Part shown: in pieces, positions 21,794 to 31,555 of the stretch
Layout: each line of letters begins with the position of its first letter
How positions within the stretch are numbered: position 1 is the first letter of the stretch
Assembly: GCA_046290585.1 (NCBI GenBank)
Contig: JBKAGY010000001.1
Location: 2,212,686 to 2,276,685, forward strand
Source: Henriciella sp.
Lineage (GTDB): Bacteria; Pseudomonadota; Alphaproteobacteria; Caulobacterales; Hyphomonadaceae
Direction: 5' to 3'
DNA: 64,000 nt
The notes under the pieces: model-generated
The model's database searches: none
What the model was told of the DNA's origin: nothing
The model's input: only the letters and a program-made list of their open reading frames with translations
Program-made: the position numbers and the translations under genes

Positions 21794-22357
21794 ATGGCTG
21801 AGGTTCTTTCCGCCCCGCCGAATGGCCGCCCAGCTCTTGTTTTGAACGCGGACTACCGTCCACTATCCTATTATCCGCTCTCGCTCTGGCCGTGGCAGGA
21901 CGTTGTAAAAGCTGTGTTTCTCGACCGGGTCGATATCATTGCTGAATATGATCATTATGTCCGCAGCCCGAGCTTTGAAATGCGCTTGCCATCGGTCATC
22001 GCTTTGCGGGAATTTGTCCGGCAGGACCGGGTGCCAGCTTTCACGCGTTTCAATGTGTTTCTGCGTGACGGGTTTAAGTGCGTCTATTGCGGTTCGCCAG
22101 ATGATTTGACCTTTGATCACGTGATCCCGCGCTCGAAAGGTGGCCAGACCACTTGGGAGAATATTGTCGCGGCATGCTCGCCCTGTAATCTCAAAAAAGG
22201 CGGGCGGATGCCAAAGGATTGCGCGATGCATCCAAACCGCAAGCCAGAGCGCCCCAGCAATTATTATTTGCAGGAAATGGGACGTAAATTCCCACCGCAT
22301 CACCTACACGAGACGTGGATGGACTATCTCTATTGGGATATCGAACTCGACCGCTAA
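21794..22357 (+). CDS. HNH endonuclease (conserved alphaproteobacterial McrA-like family)
   Basis: LVLNADYRPL, CVYCG, TFDHVIPRSKGG, ACSPCNLKKG. Confidence 0.93.
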   Translation: MAEVLSAPPNGRPALVLNADYRPLSYYPLSLWPWQDVVKAVFLDRVDIIAEYDHYVRSPSFEMRLPSVIALREFVRQDRVPAFTRFNVFLRDGFKCVYCGSPDDLTFDHVIPRSKGGQTTWENIVAACSPCNLKKGGRMPKDCAMHPNRKPERPSNYYLQEMGRKFPPHHLHETWMDYLYWDIELDR

Positions 22358-22432
22358 AAAGCCTGATCACCGCTTGCTTGTGAAGTTTCATTAAGTTTGC
22401 CAAACTCCACCTCGGAGAGAGGGATTGGTTTT

Positions 22433-23173
22433 ATGTGGCAAGTGCTGCGATCCATATCGGATACGCTTGGCGTTGGGTTTTTGATCATGCAATTGATCAA
22501 GCTGATCGGCATGGTGTTCACACTGATTGGTCCGCTAAAGTTTATCTCTAGCTTGTTTGCGGGCATCTTTCCGCTGATTGCGAATTTCTTCAAAATCTCG
22601 TTCGGTTGGACAATTAACGGGCTCGACGTGATGGCCATTGCCATCGCGGTGTCAGGAACGCTTATCGTCTGGTCCTCCGTCGCCCGTGAAGAGGCGATGG
22701 GCACCAAATATATCTTTCGATTCTTCCTGATTCCGTATGCGTTTTTGGTGATCTTGTTCGCAATTGCGGTGCAGGTCATCACACCGATTGTTGAGATCAA
22801 TCACTTCAATTCCCAGTGCAAATCAGGCGTCGAGAACGTCTCCTTCTATGGCAGCTCATGCGCAGAAATGACGGGCCAACTGATGATGTGGGATGATACT
22901 TTTGGTGAAGGGACTGAGCCGCCGCCTACTGTGGATCCAGCTGCTCCCGATACATCAACCGTGCCGCCAGAGGTCGAAAGTGGTGACGAAGCAGGGCTGA
23001 GCTTCTTTCTCGCTATCGCGTATCTGGCGGGAATCCTGCCTTTGATCGCGCTATTTGTGTTCTTTTTCAAACGTTTGTCGGTGAACAAATTGCTGAAACG
23101 CGTGGTGATTGCCGGGGGGTCTGCCGCCGGATTGGCGATCGCCTCAGCTGCCTATGCGTCGGTGTTTGGCTAG
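22433..23173 (+). CDS. Hypothetical multi-pass membrane protein
   Basis: Open 246-codon frame with about 6 hydrophobic segments and one hydrophilic loop. Confidence 0.7.
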   Translation: MWQVLRSISDTLGVGFLIMQLIKLIGMVFTLIGPLKFISSLFAGIFPLIANFFKISFGWTINGLDVMAIAIAVSGTLIVWSSVAREEAMGTKYIFRFFLIPYAFLVILFAIAVQVITPIVEINHFNSQCKSGVENVSFYGSSCAEMTGQLMMWDDTFGEGTEPPPTVDPAAPDTSTVPPEVESGDEAGLSFFLAIAYLAGILPLIALFVFFFKRLSVNKLLKRVVIAGGSAAGLAIASAAYASVFG

Positions 23174-23373
23174 GCCTCGCCGCGGGCGCGAAGCCAAATC
23201 AACAAGAGCGGAATCCAGATCAATGATAGGGTCAGCATGCCTTTGACGGCTTGATAGCCGACCCACCACCAAAAAAATTGTTTCTTGTTCGCATTGAGCC
23301 AAGCGATTCCCGCGCGTAGGCGCGTGATAGGGCCATTGCCCATCTTGGGTTCCGGCGTTTGATCAGTCGACAT
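23170..23373 (-). CDS. Small hypothetical membrane protein (67 aa)
   Basis: Start overlaps suhB stop; Trp-rich hydrophobic C-terminal half. Confidence 0.6.
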   Translation of the reverse strand: MSTDQTPEPKMGNGPITRLRAGIAWLNANKKQFFWWWVGYQAVKGMLTLSLIWIPLLLIWLRARGEA

Positions 23374-24184
23374 TTGGGGGTCTGGCCCCAGCTTGGCGTA
23401 AGCGCTTTTCGAGCAGCGGCAACAGATCGGAATTACTCGCAAGCACCGATCCTGAAACCAATGGATCACCTTTGCCGTTTAGTTCGGTGACTGCGCCACC
23501 CGCCTCTCTGACCAAGACCATTCCAGCGGCGATATCCCAGGCCTTAAGATGACTTTCCCAAAACCCGTCAAACCGGCCAGCCGCCACCCACGCCAAGTCC
23601 AAGGCCGCCGAACCATAGCGACGGATGCCTGCGACGCTGCGGGTCATGACTTGGATCTCACGCGCGAAGCGATCGTGATATTCCTCAGATTTACCAACCC
23701 ACGGCGTTCCTGTGGCGATCACCGCTTCCTCCAGTTTGTTTCGCCCGCCGACGCGAAGTTTGCGCTGGCCAAGCCAAGCGCCGCGTCCGGTTTCGCCCCA
23801 GAAGATTTCATTCTTAGCGACATCATAAACGACGCCAGAAAACAGTTTTCCTTCGCGTTCCAGCGCAATCGACACAGCGTAGTGCGGCTGCCCGTGAAGA
23901 AAGTTCAAAGTCCCATCCAGAGGGTCGACAATGAATTTATTGGTCTTGTCACTTCCCTCAACAATGCCACGTTCCTCCATCACGAAGCCATAACCAGGAC
24001 GGGCCTTGGTTAGATGCTCATAGATGATGTCTTCGGCGCGGTGATCGGCATTTGAGACAAAATCCGCCGGGCCTTTTTTGGACACTTGCAGAAACTCGAC
24101 TTCACCGAAATCGCGGGCCAGCGAACGCCCCGCTTTGCGAGCCGCTTCAATGATCACATTGCCGAGCGCTGAGGGTTTAGACAT
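23363..24184 (-). CDS. suhB: Inositol monophosphatase family / Nus factor SuhB
   Basis: DFVSNAD, IVDPLDGTLNFLHG, WDIAAG; follows efp. Confidence 0.95.
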   Translation of the reverse strand: MSKPSALGNVIIEAARKAGRSLARDFGEVEFLQVSKKGPADFVSNADHRAEDIIYEHLTKARPGYGFVMEERGIVEGSDKTNKFIVDPLDGTLNFLHGQPHYAVSIALEREGKLFSGVVYDVAKNEIFWGETGRGAWLGQRKLRVGGRNKLEEAVIATGTPWVGKSEEYHDRFAREIQVMTRSVAGIRRYGSAALDLAWVAAGRFDGFWESHLKAWDIAAGMVLVREAGGAVTELNGKGDPLVSGSVLASNSDLLPLLEKRLRQAGARPPNVD

Positions 24185-24196
24185 GTCTGAAGGGCC

Positions 24197-24763
24197 TTAA
24201 TCAGCGCGGCGCAAATATGTGCGGTCTTCGGTCTGCACGACAATCCGCTCGCCAACACCGATGAAAGGGGGGACGGTGACGCGCACGCCATTGTCGCAAG
24301 TGGCTGGTTTAAAGCTATTTGCTGCTGTCTGGCCTTTGACGACGGGTTCAGTGTCTTCAACTGTCAGCGTGACCTGCTGCGGCAGCGCGACGCCAATTGG
24401 CGTGTCGCCATAGAATTCGATTTCGACGGTCATCCCGTCCTGTAGAAAATCGCCATCATCACCGACAAAGTCTTTTTGAAGCTCGATTTGCTCGAATGAT
24501 TCCTGATCCATGAAGGCATAGGCTTCGCCAGCATCATAGAGGAATTGAAAGTCTTTTTGCTCGAGGCGAACGCGCTCGACGGTTTCATTGGCTCGGAACC
24601 GTTCATTGGCTTTCGAGCCATTGAACAGATTGCGCATTTCAACCTGATTGAACGCGCCGCCTTTGCCTGGCTTCACGTGGCTGCACTTCATCGCGCGCCA
24701 GACGCTGCCATTATACTCAATCACCATATTGGGTTTGATTTCGTTGCCGTTGATTTTGGCCAT
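24197..24763 (-). CDS. efp: Elongation factor P
   Basis: [27 protein letters not shown]. Confidence 0.97.
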   Translation of the reverse strand: MAKINGNEIKPNMVIEYNGSVWRAMKCSHVKPGKGGAFNQVEMRNLFNGSKANERFRANETVERVRLEQKDFQFLYDAGEAYAFMDQESFEQIELQKDFVGDDGDFLQDGMTVEIEFYGDTPIGVALPQQVTLTVEDTEPVVKGQTAANSFKPATCDNGVRVTVPPFIGVGERIVVQTEDRTYLRRAD

Positions 24764-24884
24764 GTGACGTCCTCATCAGTAGAGCGCGCGGGGTAGCGGT
24801 GACGGGCGCTTTGGTCAAGTTTTGTGGACAGACCGCTCCGCTTGAGGTTGAATATGCTAAATTGCTCAATACGGAGGGGTAATC

Positions 24885-25190
24885 ATGGGCATGATTTCTG
24901 GTTTTCTGAGTTTTGAAAAATCCATGGGCGAGACGTTGACGCGGATCCTCTATTATCTTGGGATTGTTGGCATCCTGTGGCATGCGGTTCGCCGGTTTTG
25001 GTTCTGGCTGACCTATCTCGACAATGATTGGGATACAGCGCTCTGGGGCATGATTAAAACGCCGATAGGCGCCATCATTGCGATCTTGGTGCTGCGCGTT
25101 GTGGCTGAATTTGTTCTTGCGCATTTCCGCATGGACAAATCGCTGCACGACCAAGTGACGGGCCGCGCCGCGCCTTCAAAATCGGACTAG
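24885..25190 (+). CDS. DUF4282-like small membrane protein
   Basis: FLSFEK...LTRILYYLG...LRVVAEFVLAHFRM pattern; 2-3 TM. Confidence 0.7.
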   Translation: MGMISGFLSFEKSMGETLTRILYYLGIVGILWHAVRRFWFWLTYLDNDWDTALWGMIKTPIGAIIAILVLRVVAEFVLAHFRMDKSLHDQVTGRAAPSKSD

Positions 25191-25858
25191 ATTTTCGAAG
25201 CGGCCATCGCATCATCAATCACGCGATTGAACATTGCGACCGCGGCGGCGGGACCATCTTGGTGGTCCCACACGCCGCTGGAAACCGCCAAGAAATCTGC
25301 GCCCGCTGAAACCAGCGGCCCAGCATTGTCCAATGTGATCCCGCCAATCGCCACACAAGGCAGGGTCAGGAACATCTGGCACCAGGTTAGAATTTCAGGG
25401 TCGGCCGGCGTCGTATCGGCCTTAGTTTGGCTGGGGTAAAATGCTCCAAACGCGACATAATCGGCCCCAGCTTCACCAACGATCATCGCGTGGTGACGGG
25501 AGTTTTTGCAGGTCGCCCCGATGATCATGTCTTCGCCGACAATGCTGCGGGCCTCAGAAATCTCCATATCATTCATACCGAGATGGACGCCGTCAGCTTC
25601 GAGCGCCCGGGCCAATTGCGGGCTGTCATTGATGATCAGCGCAATATGCTCGGCGAGGCAAATGCGTTTGACCGCTTGCGCCAGTTCGCGCGTCGCTGCG
25701 GTATCAATCTCATCGCCTTGTTTCAGTCTGATCTGTAGGCTGGCTATGTCGCCGCCTTGTATAGCGGCGCGGAACTGATCCACAAATGCCGGAATGTCCG
25801 CAATCTGCGGCGGCGTGATCAAATAGAGGCGCGGGCGTTCGCGTTGCGGATCGGACAT
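25187..25858 (-). CDS. thiE: Thiamine phosphate synthase
   Basis: LYLITP, QIRLK, ADGVHLG, ADYVAFGAFYPSQTK, VAIGGIT. Confidence 0.92.
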   Translation of the reverse strand: MSDPQRERPRLYLITPPQIADIPAFVDQFRAAIQGGDIASLQIRLKQGDEIDTAATRELAQAVKRICLAEHIALIINDSPQLARALEADGVHLGMNDMEISEARSIVGEDMIIGATCKNSRHHAMIVGEAGADYVAFGAFYPSQTKADTTPADPEILTWCQMFLTLPCVAIGGITLDNAGPLVSAGADFLAVSSGVWDHQDGPAAAVAMFNRVIDDAMAASKI

Positions 25859-25892
25859 GATGGCTGGGTTTGCGCTCAACTTGACCTATTCG

Positions 25893-26138
25893 TCAAGATT
25901 TTCGGTCGGTTCCGGTCAACCAATTGGTGAGTTTTCGTGCGCTCGGCCCCCAAATCAGGGCGGCGAACCAGGCAACTGGATAGGCCAGGCTCCAAGCAAT
26001 AAGCCAACGCTCCCCAAGCCCGGAATCGATTCCAGTGTTCACCATGGTCACAATCAGCGCCACCAAAGCGCTCATCCCGCCCGAGAGGAGACCGGTGTGG
26101 ATTAGCCGCCAGATGAGAGATTTTGGTTCGCTACGCAT
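25893..26138 (-). CDS. DUF2798-like small membrane protein
   Basis: LSGGMSALVALIVT...WLIAWSLAYPVA pattern. Confidence 0.75.
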   Translation of the reverse strand: MRSEPKSLIWRLIHTGLLSGGMSALVALIVTMVNTGIDSGLGERWLIAWSLAYPVAWFAALIWGPSARKLTNWLTGTDRKS

Positions 26139-26358
26139 CGCGGATCAACTTTTGCCTAATTTTTTTAATGCTTTAGGTTACCATGACAGGGCGTGTTGAA
26201 TACCGAAAACACCCGGCACATGGTTTGCAAACTTCTGACTTGTAAACGTGCGGCGTTGGTTTTTGATCGCGGTGTGGGAATTGAGTTCCAGGATCTCGGC
26301 ATGCCTTGCGAGCTGCCGCGTTTTATCGTTCTGGAGGCTCCAACTTTGGGGATATAAG

Positions 26359-27633
26359 TTGAACAAGTTGAAAAAAGCCAGTGAAAGCAGGGGCCTCGAC
26401 GGAGGTTACACGCACGCAGCTGCGCCGAAAATCAGGCTGTTCAATGCTAAATTTAGCCCGAATTTAGGCGACGGATTGCTTTCTGAGTGCTTGGAAGAGG
26501 GACTCATCAACTTGGGCGCAGATCGGGACACTTGGTCGATCGATCTCGCTCAAAGGCTAGCCTATGGCGATGAGATGGCGGGCCGAGCACTAATCATGTC
26601 GGTGCTTGAAAAAATGCCCACGCGGGTGCGCCGCAACGCCATTCGCATCCCTTTAGCGATTAAATCCGCGCAAAGCTGGCGTCCTCACTATGCTAGCTCA
26701 TTGCACGGCGCCAATGCGGTTGTGATTGGTGGCGGAAACTTATTGTCTGACATCGACCTCAATTTTCCCACCAAACTGTCACTCGCGGTTGAGGAAGCGG
26801 AGAAACTTGGTCTGCCAAGCTTTATCTATGCTGCTGGGGTTGCCAGCGATTGGAGCCCTCGCGGCGAAGCGATGATCAGAGCGGCATTTCGCAAGCCGAA
26901 CGTGAAAGGGGTTTTTGTTCGCGACGTTGAGTCAAAAGAACAATGGGACACCCGGTTTGGAGAAGCGACAGGTCATCAAGCGCTGGTCGTACGGGATCCT
27001 GGCCTACTGGCGCAGCAAGTCTATGACTTGCCCGTCCGGTCTCAATCTAAACCGGCGACCGGGCCGCGCCCTGTGCTCGGGCTGGGGATTATGAGCCATG
27101 TGGCGATCAAGTATCACTCCGCGCTTACCCCATCACGTGACTATCTTGACCAATGGTATGTTGATGTCGCGCGGGAAGCGATCAAGCAAGGTTTCCATTT
27201 GAAAGTGTTCACAAATGGAAGCCCCGAAGATCGAACGTATGCGGCTGATTTGTATGATCGTATCCGAGCGCTGGGTGATGAAACCGTCCTCTCCTTCCCG
27301 ACCGCAAGCAATCCAAAAGAGCTGAGCGGCATCATTTCGGAGCTTGATGTGTTAATCGCGTATCGCATGCACGCCGTGATTGCTGCCTATTCACTGGGAG
27401 TGCCGGCGATTGCCTTGGCATGGGACCGAAAACTCTCCTCGTTTATGAAATCTGTTAACCGAGAAGAATGGCTATACGATGTGCAATCCATTCCGGCGGC
27501 AGAATGCGTTTCGCTGGCGCTGAAAGCGAGCGAAGACGGAATACCGGACGAACACAGGCTGAAAGTGCTAAGCGACGCGCGCGATGGGATCAAACAACTC
27601 TATTCCAGCATCACAGCCAGCCTTCAGAACTAA
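26359..27633 (+). CDS. Polysaccharide pyruvyl transferase family protein (start uncertain; TTG 26359)
   Basis: SPNLGDGLL, VIGGGNL, FVRDVES, AYRMHAVIAAYSLGVP, LAWDRKL. Confidence 0.88.
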   Translation: MNKLKKASESRGLDGGYTHAAAPKIRLFNAKFSPNLGDGLLSECLEEGLINLGADRDTWSIDLAQRLAYGDEMAGRALIMSVLEKMPTRVRRNAIRIPLAIKSAQSWRPHYASSLHGANAVVIGGGNLLSDIDLNFPTKLSLAVEEAEKLGLPSFIYAAGVASDWSPRGEAMIRAAFRKPNVKGVFVRDVESKEQWDTRFGEATGHQALVVRDPGLLAQQVYDLPVRSQSKPATGPRPVLGLGIMSHVAIKYHSALTPSRDYLDQWYVDVAREAIKQGFHLKVFTNGSPEDRTYAADLYDRIRALGDETVLSFPTASNPKELSGIISELDVLIAYRMHAVIAAYSLGVPAIALAWDRKLSSFMKSVNREEWLYDVQSIPAAECVSLALKASEDGIPDEHRLKVLSDARDGIKQLYSSITASLQN

Positions 27634-27646
27634 CCGCCAGCCAAGA

Positions 27647-27677
27647 AAAAGGCGGCCCGAGGGAAGAGCCGCCTTTT
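27647..27677. terminator. Bidirectional intrinsic terminator
   Basis: AAAAGGCGGC-N11-GCCGCCTTTT between convergent genes. Confidence 0.8.
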
Positions 27678-27699
27678 CCAAACATGTCTTGATTGGGCG

Positions 27700-28593
27700 T
27701 TAGCCGGCGCAAGACGCGTCATAGATGCTGTCAATTGTGCCCGCCAGCAGAGAATCGAAATCGCTGTCGCTTTGTTTGGCTGACAATCCTTCGGTAAGCG
27801 CGCGGGAGAAGCTTGCAATCATGCCGGTATTCTCACAGAGGCGGCGATTGGCTTCGTCGCGGCTATATCCACCAGACAGTGCAACGACGCGCATTACGCG
27901 CGGATGGTCGACGAGGGTTTTGTATTGGTTGCTTTTTTCCGGCAGGGACAGTTTCAGCATGACCTGTTTGTCAGCCGGCACGGTGTCGAGCTGTTTGGTA
28001 ATCTCCGCCAAGAGCAGATCTTCGGCGGCCGCTTTGTCAGCGATCGTGATATTGATCTCTGGCTCAATAATCGGGACCAGGCCGTGGCTGAGGATCTGTA
28101 GACCCACTTGGAATTGCTGGGCAACATTCGCCGCAATGCCTTCGGCGTTGGCAGCATGGATAACTGAACGCATCTTGGTGCCAAAGATGCCGTTTGCGAC
28201 TGCGCGTTCGAGCAGCGCATCAAGCTCTGGCATCGGGTTCATGAGTTGAACCCCGTTTTCTTCAGGCGCGAGGCCTTTGTCGACTTTCAAGAACGGAACA
28301 ACGCCGCGCTTTTCCCAAAGGAATTTGGCCGTCGGCATGCCGTCAATCTGACCGTCCATTGTGCGCTCAAACAGAATAGCGCCCATGACTTTGTCGCCAG
28401 TAAAAGCCGGTGATTTGACGATGCGGGCGCGCATTTCGTGAATGAGGCCGAACATTTCTTCATCATTCGACCACGCGTCATCTTCGATGCCGTAAAGCTT
28501 AAGCGCTTTTGGCGTCGATCCACCCGATTGATCAAGCGCAGCAACAAAGCCGTCTTTCTGAGCCGCTTGCTGCGTCATGTGTTGATTCACCAT
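27700..28593 (-). CDS. fda: Fructose-bisphosphate aldolase class I
   Basis: [46 protein letters not shown]. Confidence 0.93.
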   Translation of the reverse strand: MVNQHMTQQAAQKDGFVAALDQSGGSTPKALKLYGIEDDAWSNDEEMFGLIHEMRARIVKSPAFTGDKVMGAILFERTMDGQIDGMPTAKFLWEKRGVVPFLKVDKGLAPEENGVQLMNPMPELDALLERAVANGIFGTKMRSVIHAANAEGIAANVAQQFQVGLQILSHGLVPIIEPEINITIADKAAAEDLLLAEITKQLDTVPADKQVMLKLSLPEKSNQYKTLVDHPRVMRVVALSGGYSRDEANRRLCENTGMIASFSRALTEGLSAKQSDSDFDSLLAGTIDSIYDASCAG

Positions 28594-28672
28594 CTTAAAG
28601 GTCCCTTTCAAGATAGAAAAAAGGCTGGCAGCGTTTTGCGACCAGCCCGGATTGGTTAGTTGTGTATGAAAC

Positions 28673-28686
28673 TGACACCGCTGTCT
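28673..28686. promoter_or_regulatory. Putative LacI-family operator upstream of fba
   Basis: TGACACCGCTGTCT, 12/14 match to palindrome TGACAGCGCTGTCA. Confidence 0.5.
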
Positions 28687-28747
28687 TTTTGGCGGCCTCT
28701 GCTTCCGTGAACATATCGGTCCAGCGGAAGAAGAATTTTGACGTCAT

Positions 28748-29935
28748 TTAGTTGCCTTTGAGCGCCTCGACACCAGGAAGAGGCTTGCCCTCCATCCATT
28801 CAAGAAACGCGCCACCTGCAGTGGAAATATGTGTAAAGTCCTGTGCCACATTGGCGTGATTAAGAGCGGCCACTGTGTCACCGCCGCCAGCAACAGCGAT
28901 GAGACTGCCAGATTTGCACCGCGTGCCAGCGGCTTGGGCCGCTTGAACGGTAGCTTTGTCGAATGGCGTCAGTTCGAATGCGCCGAGGGGGCCGTTCCAT
29001 ACTAATGTCTTAGCGGCATCGAGGGCGGAGGCCAGGATTGCGACAGTTTGCGGACCTGCATCCAGGATCATCTCATCATCAGCGACCTCATCGAGGCCGC
29101 AGGTTCGGTGGGGCGCGTTGGCGGCAAAGTCTTTCGCCACAACCACATCCATTGGCAGGAGAATATCGCAGCCCGCGGCTTTTGCGTTGGCTTCGATCTG
29201 CTTCGCGGTGTCGGTCAGATCATGCTCGCAGAGCGACTTGCCGACACTGTAACCGCGAGCGGCCAAGAAAGTGTTGGCCATACCGCCGCCAATCGCAAGG
29301 GCATCTACTTTCGACACGAGGTTTTTAAGCAGATCGATCTTGGAGCTGACTTTTGCGCCGCCGACGACGGCTAGGACGGGCCGTGTCGGCGTTCCCAGAG
29401 CTGCATCAAGCGCTTTCAGCTCGGCTTCCATCAGCAGACCAGCACAAGACGGTAAGAGACGAGCAATGCCTTCGGTTGAGGCATGGGCCCGGTGCGCTGC
29501 GGAGAACGCGTCATTGCAATAGACATCGCCCAGGCTGGCTAAGAAGCCGGCCATTTTCGGGTCATTGGCTTCTTCCATCGCGCTGAATCGTGTGTTCTCG
29601 ACCAGAATGACAGCATCTGCGGGCGTGGCATCGATCGCAGCGCGGTCTGGACGTTCTACGAAAGTGACTGGCTTTCCCAGAGCTGCTTCCAGCGCGGGAA
29701 CCGTTACGCGTAGCGACATGTCCGGGTTTGGCTGCCCTTTTGGGCGCCCGAAATGGGCTAGCAAGACGGGCTTGCCGCCCTTTTCCAGGATCTTCAGGAT
29801 GGTTGGTGCGACTTTGTCGATCCGGGTGGTATCGGTCACGCGCCCATCCTCGACGGGCACGTTGATATCGATCCGGGTGACGACGACTTTCTCAACTAGG
29901 TCGAGATCGTCGAGGGTCTTAAAGTCTGCCATCAA
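28748..29935 (-). CDS. pgk: Phosphoglycerate kinase
   Basis: [49 protein letters not shown]. Confidence 0.98.
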   Translation of the reverse strand: MMADFKTLDDLDLVEKVVVTRIDINVPVEDGRVTDTTRIDKVAPTILKILEKGGKPVLLAHFGRPKGQPNPDMSLRVTVPALEAALGKPVTFVERPDRAAIDATPADAVILVENTRFSAMEEANDPKMAGFLASLGDVYCNDAFSAAHRAHASTEGIARLLPSCAGLLMEAELKALDAALGTPTRPVLAVVGGAKVSSKIDLLKNLVSKVDALAIGGGMANTFLAARGYSVGKSLCEHDLTDTAKQIEANAKAAGCDILLPMDVVVAKDFAANAPHRTCGLDEVADDEMILDAGPQTVAILASALDAAKTLVWNGPLGAFELTPFDKATVQAAQAAGTRCKSGSLIAVAGGGDTVAALNHANVAQDFTHISTAGGAFLEWMEGKPLPGVEALKGN

Positions 29936-29944
29936 TCGCGATCC

Positions 29945-30952
29945 TTACAGGAATTTCGCCATAGCGAGGGCGGTGTCGCTCATCCGCGTGGCAAAGCCCC
30001 ACTCATTGTCGTACCAAGACAAGACCCGAACCAAAGTGCCTTCGGTGACATTGGTACCGTCGGCTGCGAAGGTTGAGCTGTGAGCGTCATGATTGAAGTC
30101 AGCGCTGACCAGTGGCGCGTCTGAATATCCAAGGACACCCTTCATTGGGCCGTCAGCTGCAGCTTTAATCGCGGCGTTGACTTCTTCGACGCTGGTTTCG
30201 CGACCCGCATCAAAGACGAGGTCGATCATCGACACGTTCGGGGTCGGTACGCGAACCGCAGAGCCGTTCAGCTTGCCAGCAAGTTCTGGCAGGACCAGGC
30301 CAACCGCTTTCGCGGCGCCGGTTGAGGTTGGGATCATTGAGCTGGCTGCAGCGCGCGCCCGATACAGATCCTTATGCATCCGATCGAGGGTCGGCTGGTC
30401 GCCGGTATAAGCATGAACCGTGGTCATGTAACCGCGCTCGATACCGACTGTGTCGTTTAGAACTTTTGCGACCGGCGACAGGCAGTTGGTGGTACAAGAT
30501 GCGTTCGAGACGACCAGGTCGTCAGCTGAGAGCGTGTCATCATTGACGCCGAACACGATTGTCTTGTCGGCGCCGCCTGCTGGGGCAGATACGAGAACAC
30601 GTTTAGCGCCAGCTTCGAGGTGCGCCGCTGCTTTTTCTTTAGACGCAAAGATGCCGGTACACTCAAAAGCGATATCAATGCCCATGTCGCCATGCGGTAG
30701 CTCAGCCGGGTTGCGGATGGCTGTGCACTTAAAAGCGCGATCGCCAACGCGAATCATATCGCCGTCAACCGTGACCTCTTGGTTCAGTTTGCCGTGCACC
30801 GTATCATACTGAAGCAAGTGCGCATTGGTTTCGACAGGACCGAGATCGTTGATCGCAACAACTTCGATATCCTTACGATCGTGTTCGATGATAGAGCGCA
30901 GGACCAAACGACCGATACGGCCAAAGCCATTGATTGCGACGCGAAGAGCCAT
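29945..30952 (-). CDS. gap: Glyceraldehyde-3-phosphate dehydrogenase type I
   Basis: [25 protein letters not shown]. Confidence 0.98.
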   Translation of the reverse strand: MALRVAINGFGRIGRLVLRSIIEHDRKDIEVVAINDLGPVETNAHLLQYDTVHGKLNQEVTVDGDMIRVGDRAFKCTAIRNPAELPHGDMGIDIAFECTGIFASKEKAAAHLEAGAKRVLVSAPAGGADKTIVFGVNDDTLSADDLVVSNASCTTNCLSPVAKVLNDTVGIERGYMTTVHAYTGDQPTLDRMHKDLYRARAAASSMIPTSTGAAKAVGLVLPELAGKLNGSAVRVPTPNVSMIDLVFDAGRETSVEEVNAAIKAAADGPMKGVLGYSDAPLVSADFNHDAHSSTFAADGTNVTEGTLVRVLSWYDNEWGFATRMSDTALAMAKFL

Positions 30953-31044
30953 AGTGAAACCTCTTTTGCCAAGATGCTGAATTTGTGGGGTCTTTAGACG
31001 CAAGATCGGCGCCAGTCTAGCGTGTCAGACGGGCGCATCTCACC

Positions 31045-31058
31045 TGATTACGCTGTCA
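31045..31058. promoter_or_regulatory. Putative LacI-family operator upstream of gap
   Basis: TGATTACGCTGTCA, shares TGA...CGCTGTC with the fba site. Confidence 0.35.
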
Positions 31059-31098
31059 CAATAGCGTCGCTATCAAGTCGAGGAGATTCCCTCTTCGA

Positions 31099-31542
31099 TC
31101 AGCGCTCTTCGAGCATAAACCCATGGCCGGTCGCAAACCGCAATATTGCATAGAGAAGCAAGCCAACCGGTCCGAAGACATAAGACCCTAAAATGCACGG
31201 AATGGTTTGCCAATGCGCGATGCCGCGGCGCTGCGCATCGCGCGCGATCCATGCACCGACAAAGAGATCAAACACCAAATAATGCGACCAGCCGACCAAA
31301 ACGCCATTCGGGTGATCGAAGAGTGCCTGGACGCCGCTGAAAGAGAACCCAGCGTCCGGATCAGACAGTCCGAACGCCATCGCCCCAATTAAAAGCGTCG
31401 CATAGATGGCGCCAATTAGCACCGGCCACAGCATAGAGTGGACGGCCGCTTTTGTGATTTTCGCTCGCGGCAGAAAGATCAACAGAGCCCATGCCGGCAT
31501 TACCAGAACATTGATTGCTGAAAATCCGGTTTCCCAGGTCAT
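31099..31542 (-). CDS. ABA4-like (DUF4281) membrane protein
   Basis: WALLIFLPR, GWSHYLVFDLFVGAWI, FGPVGLLLY. Confidence 0.88.
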   Translation of the reverse strand: MTWETGFSAINVLVMPAWALLIFLPRAKITKAAVHSMLWPVLIGAIYATLLIGAMAFGLSDPDAGFSFSGVQALFDHPNGVLVGWSHYLVFDLFVGAWIARDAQRRGIAHWQTIPCILGSYVFGPVGLLLYAILRFATGHGFMLEER

Positions 31543-31555
31543 TCCTTAAGCCCTC

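Noticed and set aside
21794-22357. HNH endonuclease as a homing or defence element
   Set aside because: It belongs to a conserved alphaproteobacterial family commonly next to alkA, has host-like composition and has no methylase or mobile context
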